A DNA stretch of 44,879 nucleotides from Fidelibacterota bacterium (GTDB lineage: Bacteria; Fidelibacterota; UBA2242). Below the pieces are notes generated by a model, which searched no databases, was not told where the DNA came from, and saw nothing but the letters and a program-made list of their open reading frames with translations. The position numbers and the translations under genes were made by a program. Positions 9,710-19,516 of the stretch are shown piece by piece; position 1 is the stretch's first letter, and every line of letters begins with the position of its first letter. The DNA is taken from NCBI GenBank assembly GCA_049975265.1, contig JBNGDF010000010.1, forward strand, positions 1-44,879. The letters run 5' to 3'.

Positions 9710-9768
9710 TGATTCAACCTCTACTAAAATTTAATTACTTTCAGCAGATTATCAATATATTATTTTAG

Positions 9769-9861
9769 CGGGAACGCCTGGGAGTCGAACCCAGCTTCCC
9801 GATTGTCTCGGGAACAGCGATTTTGAAGACCGTGGCACCCACCGGGGTTGCATTCATTCCC
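9769..9861 (-). tRNA. selC: tRNA-Sec (UCA)
   Basis: Acceptor GGGAATG/CGTTCCC, G discriminator, anticodon loop CTTCAAA, long variable arm TTCCCGA-GACAA-TCGGGAA, T arm CTGGG-TTCGACT-CCCAG. CCA not encoded (GCTA). Confidence 0.85.
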
Positions 9862-10675
9862 ATGAATTCTTTTTAATTACAATAAAATCAATGTTATGCA
9901 ATGCCTTTAACCGTTCACCGGCGCGGCTGGCTTCCTCTTGAGACCCGTAATCGCCAACCCGTATCGCCAGCAAGTCGCCACTCCTACCCCTTATCTTTTG
10001 CACATAGGGCTGATAGCCATAAGTGCTCAAACAGTTTTTCAGCGCCAGCGCATTTTGAGGATTCCTAAAGGCGCCCACCTGAAGTGCCCACCTTTCAGCT
10101 GACGTTTTTGGTTCGGGAACAGATGGAATTGCCGGACGGGTGGCGACTGCCCCCGGCATATCACCGGTGATATGGGTTGACACCACCTGATAATCGGAAA
10201 ATGGCAACTCCAGATTGGGATAGCGACCCAGATAATATGAATAATAGTAATCCACCGAATCCTTTTTATTCATGACATTGAAGCTACACAACATCAGATA
10301 AACACAATTGCCGACATTTTTACTCTCTGGATATTTGGCAATCAGCTGTTTTGAATAGGCAATCGTTTTATTATACAGCCCCTTAGTGTAAAGGTATTCG
10401 ATAATTTTGGTCAGGGCATCGTCCGCCCGCTCACTGTTGGGATACTGGCTGAGGACATCTTTGTAAATCAGCAGCGCCTTATCGGCGTCGGTTTCAACCA
10501 GAGCCGACAGATACAGTACATCGGGATTGCGGGGATACCTTCGGATTAATTCGGGTATCGCCTGCCGGACCTGCGCCACCTTATCCTCTTCCAGATACTT
10601 AAAAAACTGCTCCAGTCTTTGAGCAAAACTAGAAACGCTGATAAACAGCAAAAATAACGGCAATAAACGTCTCAT
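9854..10675 (-). CDS. Exported TPR + SPOR domain protein
   Basis: Signal peptide MRRLLPLFLLFISVSSFA, TPR-like YP.S repeats, C-terminal SPOR motif WALQVGAFRNPQNA...IRVG.Y. Confidence 0.85.
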   Translation of the reverse strand: MRRLLPLFLLFISVSSFAQRLEQFFKYLEEDKVAQVRQAIPELIRRYPRNPDVLYLSALVETDADKALLIYKDVLSQYPNSERADDALTKIIEYLYTKGLYNKTIAYSKQLIAKYPESKNVGNCVYLMLCSFNVMNKKDSVDYYYSYYLGRYPNLELPFSDYQVVSTHITGDMPGAVATRPAIPSVPEPKTSAERWALQVGAFRNPQNALALKNCLSTYGYQPYVQKIRGRSGDLLAIRVGDYGSQEEASRAGERLKALHNIDFIVIKKNSWE

Positions 10676-10677
10676 AA

Positions 10678-11817
10678 TCAATTCAGAAAAGTATCTACCA
10701 CTCCACATTCAGGACAAATCCACAGCGGCTGATTAGCCAGGTGACCGCAGTAGGAACAACGCACCTCCCGAATCGTATCGAGATGATTCAGGATGTCAGC
10801 CAGGATATCTCCGGCTTCCCGGTTCCGCTCCATGGCAATCAGGATTTTACTATAGGCGATTTTGGCGATCAATGAGTCCGGCTGGGTCACCATCAGATCG
10901 CTGACCAGGTCCGATGCCTTCGACAGGTTCCCTTTGCGTTCGTAAAAACTGGACATTTCAGTAATCGTTCTGGCATCGTGCGGTACTTTTTTGAGGATTT
11001 TCAGATAAAATTCCTCGATTTTGCCGAAATTCCCGTAATTAAACAGCACTTTTTGCAGCTGCGGGTAGATCAACCAGGCTTTTTTCGGCGCTACGTCGGC
11101 GAACTTTTCCCACCACTCCACGGCTTCGGCGTCCCGCTTCTCTTTCAAATAGGATTCCGCCATATAGTAGTAACCGGCTTCACAGAGGGGGTCTAACTTC
11201 ATGGCTTTCCGAAACAGCAGCCGCGCCTCGTGATAATTCCCGGCGCTAAATTTTTCCAGTCCCTCCTGAACCTTGTAAATCGACATGGCGCGTTTATTGA
11301 CCTCTTTCCGAATTTGGAACACCTTTTCCATGTATTCCAGCGCTTTATTCCATTTCTTCAGATCACGATACAGATGCCAGATTTTTTCCAGCGCCCAAAT
11401 GTTTTTCTTATCCACATCGAGTATATTCAGCGCCACGGACAGCGCAAGTCCTTTTTCACCCATTTCTATGTAATCCAGGACCAGATTACGCATGATTTCC
11501 AGCTTTTGCAGTTTGTCGATATCCTGACGGTACAGGAGCGCCTGATGCACCTTCACCGCCGGTTTGATCTGACCGGTCCTGCGTAGTACATATCCTAATT
11601 TTATATAGGCGTCGATGTGGTTGGTGTCCTTTTCAATAATCGCCTTCAATTCGCGGATCGCCTTGTTATCCTCTTTTTGTAAAATGTGATTCAGCGCCTG
11701 AGTGTAGAGGATCGATTTCGGTGGTGTTTCGGATTTTCTGCGTCCGATGAGTGTGGCGCCGATGGCGATTACTATAAGTCCAAAAATAACGGCTAAAATG
11801 ATCTCAAGTGTGGTCAT
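10678..11817 (-). CDS. lapB: LPS assembly protein B-like (TM anchor, TPRs, C-terminal rubredoxin)
   Basis: N-terminal TM helix, TPR repeats, CSYCG...WICPECG; directly follows lapA. Confidence 0.8.
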   Translation of the reverse strand: MTTLEIILAVIFGLIVIAIGATLIGRRKSETPPKSILYTQALNHILQKEDNKAIRELKAIIEKDTNHIDAYIKLGYVLRRTGQIKPAVKVHQALLYRQDIDKLQKLEIMRNLVLDYIEMGEKGLALSVALNILDVDKKNIWALEKIWHLYRDLKKWNKALEYMEKVFQIRKEVNKRAMSIYKVQEGLEKFSAGNYHEARLLFRKAMKLDPLCEAGYYYMAESYLKEKRDAEAVEWWEKFADVAPKKAWLIYPQLQKVLFNYGNFGKIEEFYLKILKKVPHDARTITEMSSFYERKGNLSKASDLVSDLMVTQPDSLIAKIAYSKILIAMERNREAGDILADILNHLDTIREVRCSYCGHLANQPLWICPECGVVDTFLN

Positions 11818-11836
11818 GGATATTTCCTTTTATTGA

Positions 11837-12145
11837 TCACTCCTTTATTTCGACGTCTTCGAGTTCCCGGTTACGCAGCAGGTCGATCTCCTTTTTCAGC
11901 TTTTTATACTCGTTATTCAGGATGCGGTTAACCTTTTTCTGCTCCAAAATCTGAAATCCGGCAATCAGATAACCCGCTAAAAATCCAATCACCAGCGCAA
12001 TCAGCAAGACAATAATCATTTCCGTGGTAAACATATAGCTGCTGCTGAAGAATTTCAATGTGATTTTCTGCCCCACATTCTGCACCACGAATACCAGCAG
12101 CAGAAGTACGACCAGTACCAAAAGGAGTAATTTTACGTATTTCAT
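11837..12145 (-). CDS. lapA: LapA family membrane protein
   Basis: Two TM helices with FVVQN motif, then a coiled coil; directly upstream of lapB. Confidence 0.8.
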   Translation of the reverse strand: MKYVKLLLLVLVVLLLLVFVVQNVGQKITLKFFSSSYMFTTEMIIVLLIALVIGFLAGYLIAGFQILEQKKVNRILNNEYKKLKKEIDLLRNRELEDVEIKE

Positions 12146-12146
12146 A

Positions 12147-13457
12147 TCACCCTCTTTTTTGAGTAATTTTGCCAAAAAGACTTACTCCGGCAGTGCCGCT
12201 AATCAGGGCATCCACCATATCACCGATTTCCGCCCTGCCTTCTTTCAAAATTACCAGTTTATTTGAATCCGTCCTACCAATTTTTTCTGTCGGATCTTTT
12301 TTGCTGACTCCTTCAACCAATACGCTTTGAATGGTGCCGACAGCCTGGCGGTAGCGGAAAGATGTATGCTTTTTCTGTTTTGCTATAATACGGTTTAAGC
12401 GCTCGGCTTTTTCTGCCTCGGGAACGTCATCAGCCATCTTCGCAGCTGCCGTGCCCGGTCGGGGCGAATATTTGAACATATAGGCGCTGTCAAAAACTAC
12501 CTCATCCATCACCTGAAGCGTCTCTTCAAAATCGCTGCGCGATTCGCTGGGAAAGCCGACAATAATATCGGTAGTCAGTCCACAGTCGGGCAGATAGTTG
12601 CGAATATTCTCCACCAATCCTAAAAAATCGGTCTGCGTATAGGTACGTTTCATTCTGGATAAAATCCGACTCGAGCCGGATTGCAGTGGCAGATGGATAT
12701 GCTTACAGATATTGTCATACTCCCGCATTACCGCCAGCATCTCAACGGTAACATCCGCGGGGTGGGGCGATGTAAAACGAATGCGTTGAAGACCGGGCAC
12801 CAGTGCCACTTTTTTCAATAAGTCGGGAAACATGTAACCGTTACTGCTATAAGAATTGACATTTTGCCCCAGCAGAGTTACCTCCCGGAAACCATCCCCC
12901 ACTGCCCGATTGACCTCTTCGAGAATACTATCAACCGAGCGGCTTCGCTCCCTGCCTCTTGTAAACGGAACAATGCAGTAGGCGCAAAATTTGTCGCACC
13001 CGCGCATGATCGATATCCAGGCGTTGACAATACTCCTGCGATGCGGCACCAATCCGGAATAAACCTCATGTTTCGACAGATGTACATCTATCACAGGGCA
13101 GGTTTGGCTATCCAGCAGATCAGGAATCCGGCGATAGGCATCCGGTCCTAACACGAAATCGATGTAGGGTCGTTCAGTAACAATCCGCCCGCGGTCCCGC
13201 TGAGCGACACAGCCAACAAAGCCAATTAATAAATGTGGATTCTTTTTTTTCATCGATTTAAACTGAGCTAACCTCGCCAAAGCGCGGTTTTCCGCACCCT
13301 GTCGTACGCTGCAGGTATTGACGAAAATGATATCCGCCTCCCCGGGCTCTTCAGCGGCAACATAGTGATTCTGCTGAAGGATTCCGGCAATGATCTCCGA
13401 ATCCGCTTCGTTCATCTGACATCCGTAGGTTTCGATATAATATTTTCCGGCGCTCAT
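12147..13457 (-). CDS. miaB: tRNA-2-methylthio-N6-isopentenyladenosine synthase MiaB
   Basis: ETYGCQMN, NTCSVR, GCVAQ, radical SAM GCDKFCAYC, RGRERSR, C-terminal TRAM domain. Confidence 0.95.
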   Translation of the reverse strand: MSAGKYYIETYGCQMNEADSEIIAGILQQNHYVAAEEPGEADIIFVNTCSVRQGAENRALARLAQFKSMKKKNPHLLIGFVGCVAQRDRGRIVTERPYIDFVLGPDAYRRIPDLLDSQTCPVIDVHLSKHEVYSGLVPHRRSIVNAWISIMRGCDKFCAYCIVPFTRGRERSRSVDSILEEVNRAVGDGFREVTLLGQNVNSYSSNGYMFPDLLKKVALVPGLQRIRFTSPHPADVTVEMLAVMREYDNICKHIHLPLQSGSSRILSRMKRTYTQTDFLGLVENIRNYLPDCGLTTDIIVGFPSESRSDFEETLQVMDEVVFDSAYMFKYSPRPGTAAAKMADDVPEAEKAERLNRIIAKQKKHTSFRYRQAVGTIQSVLVEGVSKKDPTEKIGRTDSNKLVILKEGRAEIGDMVDALISGTAGVSLFGKITQKRG

Positions 13458-13535
13458 GGTGAACAAAACTTAATAAAAATCAGCCGATTATTAAAGCTGA
13501 TTTACAGGTGGTCTTACTAACTGGTAATATTGCAA

Positions 13536-14453
13536 TTACCGTACGTAGCCGGTAAAGAAATAATCGAGTGGGTCTTTGTTGATCCGGAACTGGCGAATCT
13601 CATAGTGCAGATGAGATGCCGTACTGCGTCCCGTGCAACCGACCTCGGCGATCTTCTGCCCCCGCTTGACCACATCACCCGGTTTCACCAGCATTTTCGA
13701 GAGATGCGCATAAAAGGTGGAATAACCGTAACCATGGTCGATTTTTATGATTTTCCCATACGTTCCGCTAAAGTTGGTGCTGCGAACCACGCCGTCCGCA
13801 GTGGCATAGACCGGTGTCCCGGTGGGAGCCGATATGTCAACACCATAGTGGAATTGCCGTTCGCCGGTAAAAGGATCACGCCGATAGCCAAACCCATCCG
13901 AAATATAGCCGGTATTGACCGGTCGAATCGAAGGCGTGGATTTGATCTGGGGAGAACGATGCTGAATAGCGTTATAGATTTCCTCGTAACTGATTCGCTC
14001 CAGCTTAATCTCCCGGCTCAAATGGTCTAAATCCACAGCCAGGTCGGAAATTTTTATGTCATCAGGAATCAGATTATCCAGCTCCTCCCCCTGAAAACTG
14101 TACTTGCCTCCAACACCCAGCTTGCGGACATCCCGATCGATGACGGGGATATCAATATAGGTTCGGATTGCCCGGTCTTTTTCAGCCAGCACATGTAATT
14201 CCGACTCAACCTGCTGAATGCGGTTTTTCAGGTCATAAAGAGTACCTACCAGTCGGCTGTTGTTCTTCTGCAGTCGAACCACTTTGGCATTGTAGATGGA
14301 ATTGGAAAAGATGTTAATACCGACGACAACAGCCCCGATAAAAATGATAAATACGAAACAGAATAACAGGATCAGATGCTTTTTCGAAAGGGCAAAGCTC
14401 CTGTGCTTCTTGGTCGGGTTCCAGACGAGAACAATCTTCGATTGCTTCTGCAT
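13536..14453 (-). CDS. M23 family peptidoglycan metallopeptidase
   Basis: TM anchor, coiled coil, HYGVD (HxxxD), YAHL, HLHYE motifs. Confidence 0.92.
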   Translation of the reverse strand: MQKQSKIVLVWNPTKKHRSFALSKKHLILLFCFVFIIFIGAVVVGINIFSNSIYNAKVVRLQKNNSRLVGTLYDLKNRIQQVESELHVLAEKDRAIRTYIDIPVIDRDVRKLGVGGKYSFQGEELDNLIPDDIKISDLAVDLDHLSREIKLERISYEEIYNAIQHRSPQIKSTPSIRPVNTGYISDGFGYRRDPFTGERQFHYGVDISAPTGTPVYATADGVVRSTNFSGTYGKIIKIDHGYGYSTFYAHLSKMLVKPGDVVKRGQKIAEVGCTGRSTASHLHYEIRQFRINKDPLDYFFTGYVR

Positions 14454-14546
14454 ATCTCCTTTTGAACCGTTATTCTTTATATATTTCGATATTGGTTTTC
14501 ATTGACAATTCAGTTTAACAATTCCGAAACAATTTGTCAATATTTT

Positions 14547-15413
14547 TTATTGCCCCAGATAGCCTCTCAGATTAAGTGCCCGGGAGGTGTGCCTCAGTTT
14601 TCGCAGCGCCTTCTCTTTAATCTGCCGGACCCGTTCCCGGGTCAGATGAAGTTCATTGCCGATCTCTTCCAGCGTCATTGGCAGTTCCTGCCCGATTCCG
14701 AAATACATTCGGACGACTTTCGCTTCCCGCTCTTCAAGACTGCGCAGAGCATGTCTGATTTCGATGCGGAATGACTCTTCCGTCAGGAGTTTGCCCGGTT
14801 CATTATCATTCTGACCGGAGAGAATATCCTGCAGTGTTCCGTTTTTATCCTTGCCAACGGGTGTGTCGATGCTGAGCGTCCCCTCTGTCAACTGTCGGGC
14901 TATATCGATATCAATCTTTTCCTGGGACAATATCTCCTCAATCTCCTCCGATGTCGGCTCCCGTTCGTATTCCTGCTCAAAATCGGAGGTTATTTTGGTA
15001 ATTTTATTCAGATTACCGACAACATTCAGCGGCAATCTGACCAATCGTGAATACTCCGAGATAGCCTGTAAGATCGTCTGCCGAATCCACCACACGGCAT
15101 AGGAGATAAATTTAAATCCCCGGGTCTCATCAAATCGTCGGGCGGCTTTGATCAGTCCGATATTGCCTTCGTTAATCAGGTCCTCCAGCGACAGACCGTG
15201 ATGCTGGTACTTTTTCGCCACGGACACAACGAACTTCAAATTTGCCCGCAGCAATTTGTCCAGCGCCTGTGTATCTCCCGCCCTGACCCTGGCAGCCAGT
15301 TCAATCTCCTCTTCCGGCGTCAAGGGGTCTTCCTGACTGATTTCTTCAAAATAGCGTCGAAGGATAGGACTCCGTGACTGGGGATATCGATTTATCTGCC
15401 CGCCCTGATTCAT
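14547..15413 (-). CDS. RNA polymerase sigma-70 factor, RpoD/SigA-like, lacking region 1.1
   Basis: DLINEGNIGLIKAARRFD, GFKFISYAVWWIRQ, TLEEIG...LTRERVRQI motifs; 288 aa. Confidence 0.92.
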   Translation of the reverse strand: MNQGGQINRYPQSRSPILRRYFEEISQEDPLTPEEEIELAARVRAGDTQALDKLLRANLKFVVSVAKKYQHHGLSLEDLINEGNIGLIKAARRFDETRGFKFISYAVWWIRQTILQAISEYSRLVRLPLNVVGNLNKITKITSDFEQEYEREPTSEEIEEILSQEKIDIDIARQLTEGTLSIDTPVGKDKNGTLQDILSGQNDNEPGKLLTEESFRIEIRHALRSLEEREAKVVRMYFGIGQELPMTLEEIGNELHLTRERVRQIKEKALRKLRHTSRALNLRGYLGQ

Positions 15414-15430
15414 GCTCTATTTATAATTTA

Positions 15431-15823
15431 TTAACGCTTTTTGGATGACTTGGGGACTTTCGGTTCGTCTGTCTTTGGTTTTTCTGCCTGCCCCGATTCC
15501 TGAATCGACTTATATTGCTTTTCCTTCTCTCTCAGCTTCTTTTCCAAATCCTTGATAACAGTAGTGCAAGCCTTTATATTTTCATTTTTTTCAAGGTCTT
15601 TCAATTTTTTATCCTGGATCAATTGATACAGCGTACCACCCATTTCGGCAAACTGCTTCTCCATGTCTCGCTTAATCTGAAAAATATCGAGTTTTACCTT
15701 GCCCAGCTTGGTCACTTCTTCGGCTTTATCGGCGGCTTCGCGGGTAATCTCTCCGGCTTTATCGGCGGCTTTGGTGACCCATTCACCCAGACTCTTTTTT
15801 ATTTCGTTCCATACGTTTGCCAT
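15431..15823 (-). CDS. Hypothetical coiled-coil protein
   Basis: GGGAGG SD, charged helical sequence, co-oriented with the sigma factor gene. Confidence 0.75.
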   Translation of the reverse strand: MANVWNEIKKSLGEWVTKAADKAGEITREAADKAEEVTKLGKVKLDIFQIKRDMEKQFAEMGGTLYQLIQDKKLKDLEKNENIKACTTVIKDLEKKLREKEKQYKSIQESGQAEKPKTDEPKVPKSSKKR

Positions 15824-15963
15824 TGCTTCCTCCCAATTTTTTCATGCTCAATATATCTCTGTTTCGGCTTTAAATCAAGGTTAAATATTAGCGGTCAATA
15901 TCGCCTCAAGAGATCCATATAGATTGTTTTTGACGTAGATTTCCGGGGCTGTTCACTTTGTTA

Positions 15964-15992
15964 TTGACTTTATTTATTAGAAAATATATCAT
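15964..15992 (+). promoter_or_regulatory. Putative sigma-70 promoter
   Basis: TTGACT-17 nt-TATCAT upstream of ATG16021. Confidence 0.55.
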
Positions 15993-16020
15993 AATCAAAA
16001 TAAAAAAATGGAGGGGATTT

Positions 16021-17715
16021 ATGAAGAAGGCATTCGTTGTATGTTTGACGGTTTTGTTAGGGGTAAATTTTGTCACCGTCGCTCAGGTTCTTGAGAAAGA
16101 TAATACTCAGGAATTGTCCAAGGACGCCCGCAAGGGTGAGCTGTTGACATTCAGCTATGATGAGGAGAGTCAGAACTGCCTGCTGATTTTCAAACGGGAA
16201 AAGAAAAAAGCAGACATCTACGAGATCTACCGGTTTGATCAGGATTTTAAATTACTGAAAAAAGAGGCGCTCGAATCAGACCAGGCAACCGAAAATTATG
16301 CGCATCTTCTCACATCCAAGCCGCCGGAAGATGTCTGGTCGGACCCGACTGTCGTACGCGTGGAACCAAATCTGGGAGGACAAATTATCCTGAAACAGGG
16401 TACCCTGACCCGTGAATGGACAAAATCGGTGGAAGATAAGGGCAGCTACCGCTATACCACCTGGTACTGGAAATACAATTTTAACGAAAGTCAGCGGGTA
16501 ACACCGAAGTTTGAGGGATTAGTGGATATTCCCGAAGGTGCTCCCCAATTTGTGATTAACATGGCGCAAAAAGCCGGTGAGAAGGTATCGCTTCTCGCCT
16601 ATGCTACCGATGAACCAACCGTTGAAATCACCACTGGCAAACAGAACTTTGTCTATGGAAGTCTCTGGGCACGTCAACGAGATTACGCCTCTGCCAGTGG
16701 CGATATTTTGATTGTCGGGCGCAGTGACCAGATGGATTATGACACGAAAGAACCCAAGCAGGTGTTTCTTTCAATGAAATATTCCGCAGAAGACCTGTCG
16801 CAAAAACATTACGAAACCTTCGAATTTGAACATCAGGTCAATCCTGTCTTTCACCAGGTGCTCAACGATGGTTCAATGGTGCTGGTATTCGCACCACTGG
16901 CGGGACCGGGTATTAAAAACAAGGATCCGAACCCGATCAACTGGCAGTATGTCAGGATCAGCAAAGACGCCGTCATTAGAGATAAATTCAATTTTGAATC
17001 AAAAGGCGGCTGGTGGTCAGTTCAGAATGCCGTTCTGACAGAAGGCGACGATGTGCTGCTTTATGGAATAGCGCTACAGAAAAAAAGCAGTAAATATATG
17101 CTGCCCGGAGTCGCTGTTACCGAGGGTGATAACATTCAGGTCCTGAAAGTCTCAAACGGTCAGATAGCCTATCTCAGCAATGCGGATTTGAAAACCGTCG
17201 CCACGAAAATGCAGACACCGAAAAATCAGAAAAAAGCCAAAGCCTGGGGCGGTAAGGATATGACGCTGTCACAGAACTACGCCCTCTCCTCTTCCGGGGA
17301 TTTGCTGATTTCCGGCGAATCTGGTGATCATCAAACCGTCTATGCATTTCATTTTGGTTCCGGCGGAGAACTAAAAGCCCACTATGTGATCAATATGGAT
17401 CTCCAGTCAAAAGACCACGGCGTAGATTACACTCTTTTTGAAAACCGGGATAAAAAATCCATTACGTTTTTCGTAGCAGAGCTGGAAAAGGTCGAAAACG
17501 GGCGAGCGCTGAAAATTCCGCGACTGGCTGTTATCGACATTGAAAAATCCACAATCTCGGATATAGAGACCTACGGTTACGGAAAAAAGGGTAAATATTA
17601 CCTCGATGATATCTATCCTTACAGGTTTATCGATGATGGCAAGAAAGTCGTCTTTTTTAGTCGCGACGACAAAGACTCCGAAGTTTGGATGGGACGCGTC
17701 AAACTGGGTCTGTAA
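16021..17715 (+). CDS. Secreted hypothetical protein, beta-rich
   Basis: GGAGG SD, signal peptide MKKAFVVCLTVLLGVNFVTVA, 564-codon ORF, followed by a terminator. Confidence 0.8.
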   Translation: MKKAFVVCLTVLLGVNFVTVAQVLEKDNTQELSKDARKGELLTFSYDEESQNCLLIFKREKKKADIYEIYRFDQDFKLLKKEALESDQATENYAHLLTSKPPEDVWSDPTVVRVEPNLGGQIILKQGTLTREWTKSVEDKGSYRYTTWYWKYNFNESQRVTPKFEGLVDIPEGAPQFVINMAQKAGEKVSLLAYATDEPTVEITTGKQNFVYGSLWARQRDYASASGDILIVGRSDQMDYDTKEPKQVFLSMKYSAEDLSQKHYETFEFEHQVNPVFHQVLNDGSMVLVFAPLAGPGIKNKDPNPINWQYVRISKDAVIRDKFNFESKGGWWSVQNAVLTEGDDVLLYGIALQKKSSKYMLPGVAVTEGDNIQVLKVSNGQIAYLSNADLKTVATKMQTPKNQKKAKAWGGKDMTLSQNYALSSSGDLLISGESGDHQTVYAFHFGSGGELKAHYVINMDLQSKDHGVDYTLFENRDKKSITFFVAELEKVENGRALKIPRLAVIDIEKSTISDIETYGYGKKGKYYLDDIYPYRFIDDGKKVVFFSRDDKDSEVWMGRVKLGL

Positions 17716-17732
17716 TCCAATCCAATTTTCTC

Positions 17733-17765
17733 AAGGGCTGGTGAATTCATCAGCCCTTTCTTTTT
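17733..17765 (+). terminator. Rho-independent terminator
   Basis: AAGGGCTGGTG-AATT-CATCAGCCCTT hairpin plus T-rich tail. Confidence 0.75.
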
Positions 17766-17827
17766 ATAGCAATTTTATAGCATTCGTTTAAATTATGGGC
17801 AAATGCAAAAACCCGGGAGTCCAATCG

Positions 17828-19486
17828 ATGAAAACAGAAATTCTTTGTTTTGTTTTTTCCGGTCTGCTCATTTTTCTCGGCTGTTCGCGGAATGCAGGTG
17901 AATCCGTGACACTGGCGATTATCAATGCTCACATCTGGACTGCCGATTCCCACCAGCCGTGGGTCGAGGCAGTTGCCATCGCCGGTAATAAAATCGTCCA
18001 GACGGGAACAACCCGACAGATCCAAAAATCAACACCTGAAAATGCACGTATCATTGATGCAGACGGCATGTTCGTCTGCCCGGGATTTACCGATTCACAC
18101 CTGCATCTGCTGGATGGTGGTTTTCGCCTCTCTTCGGTGCAATTGCGAGACGCCAAAACACCCGCAGAATTTAAACGCCGCATCGCTGAATTTGTTAAGA
18201 GCTGTGAAGCCGGGGACTGGATACTGGGCGGCGACTGGGATCACAGCGTGTGGGGAGGTGAGCTCCCACACCGTCAATGGATAGATGAAGTCACACCTGT
18301 TAATCCGCTGTGGATCAGTCGTTTAGACGGTCACATGGCACTGGCAAACAGCCTCGCTCTTCAGATTGCTGGCATTGATAACAACACAGTAGCGCCTCCC
18401 GGTGGAACCATTGTAAAAGATAAAACCGGCAATCTCACCGGCATTCTCAAAGACAATGCCATGGACCTGATCTCACCGTACATCAAAGAGCCCAGCGATT
18501 CTCTGAAATTCCGTGCTCTGGATGCCGCCATGCAGTACCTTCTCGAACAGGGCGTCACCTCGGTTCACCATATGGGCACCTGGGATGACGTGCGCATTTA
18601 CCGGCATTATCAGGAGCAGGATAAACTCAGGATTCGGATTTCCGCAGCCGTCCCACTAACTACCTGGAAAAAACTGGAAAAAACATTACGGGAAGACAAT
18701 TTCTGCGACGAATGGCTGCGAATTGGCAGCCTTAAATCCTACGTCGACGGCTCATTGGGTTCCCATACAGCGCTGTTTCATGAGCCCTACACCGACAAAC
18801 CGGAAGATTACGGATTGCAGGTCGTGGACGAGTCGCAATTGCTAAACATGATCCTCAAAGCCGATCAAGCCGGTTTGCAATCCATCACCCACGCCATCGG
18901 GGATAAAGCCAATACCATTATTCTCAACATTTACGAAAAGGTTATCCGGCAAAACGGTGACCGTGACCGGCGTTTCAGGGTCGAGCATGCCCAGCATCTG
19001 TGTCCCTCCGATATTCCGCGCTTTGCAAAATTGAAGGTCATTCCCAGCATGCAACCCTACCATGCTATTGACGATGGACGCTGGGCGGAGCCGCTGATCG
19101 GGGATCGCATTCAGACCACCCACGCCTACCGCAGCCTGCTGGATGCCGATGCACATCTGGTCTTCGGAAGTGACTGGTATGTTGCCCCACCTTCACCGCT
19201 TTGGGGAATTTATGGTGCCGTCACCCGCCAGACCCTAGATGGAAAGAATCCGGACGGCTGGGTTCCGGAACAGAAAATCAGCGTTGCAGAAGCCCTAAAA
19301 GCCTATACGGTGTCTCCCCCTTATGCCATTTTCGAAGAGTCTCTCAAAGGTTCAATAACTCCCGGAAAACTGGCTGACATGGTCATCATTGATCAGAATT
19401 TATTTGAGATTGCCCCGGAAAAAATTAAAGATGCCCGCATCATGATGACGATTGTCGACGGGAAAGTTGCCTATTTTGCCGATTAG
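17828..19486 (+). CDS. YtcJ-like amidohydrolase (Amidohydro_3), predicted lipoprotein
   Basis: PGFTDSHLH, DGH...NS, DGSLGS.TA, HAIGD, RVEHAQ, FGSDW motifs; lipobox IFLGC. Confidence 0.9.
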   Translation: MKTEILCFVFSGLLIFLGCSRNAGESVTLAIINAHIWTADSHQPWVEAVAIAGNKIVQTGTTRQIQKSTPENARIIDADGMFVCPGFTDSHLHLLDGGFRLSSVQLRDAKTPAEFKRRIAEFVKSCEAGDWILGGDWDHSVWGGELPHRQWIDEVTPVNPLWISRLDGHMALANSLALQIAGIDNNTVAPPGGTIVKDKTGNLTGILKDNAMDLISPYIKEPSDSLKFRALDAAMQYLLEQGVTSVHHMGTWDDVRIYRHYQEQDKLRIRISAAVPLTTWKKLEKTLREDNFCDEWLRIGSLKSYVDGSLGSHTALFHEPYTDKPEDYGLQVVDESQLLNMILKADQAGLQSITHAIGDKANTIILNIYEKVIRQNGDRDRRFRVEHAQHLCPSDIPRFAKLKVIPSMQPYHAIDDGRWAEPLIGDRIQTTHAYRSLLDADAHLVFGSDWYVAPPSPLWGIYGAVTRQTLDGKNPDGWVPEQKISVAEALKAYTVSPPYAIFEESLKGSITPGKLADMVIIDQNLFEIAPEKIKDARIMMTIVDGKVAYFAD

Positions 19487-19516
19487 GTTTAACATAAAGA
19501 GATAAGGAGAATACCG

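Noticed and set aside
15721..15771. 18-bp direct repeat CGGCTTTATCGGCGGCTT
   Set aside because: Encodes a short internal protein repeat (AADKA); not a DNA element.
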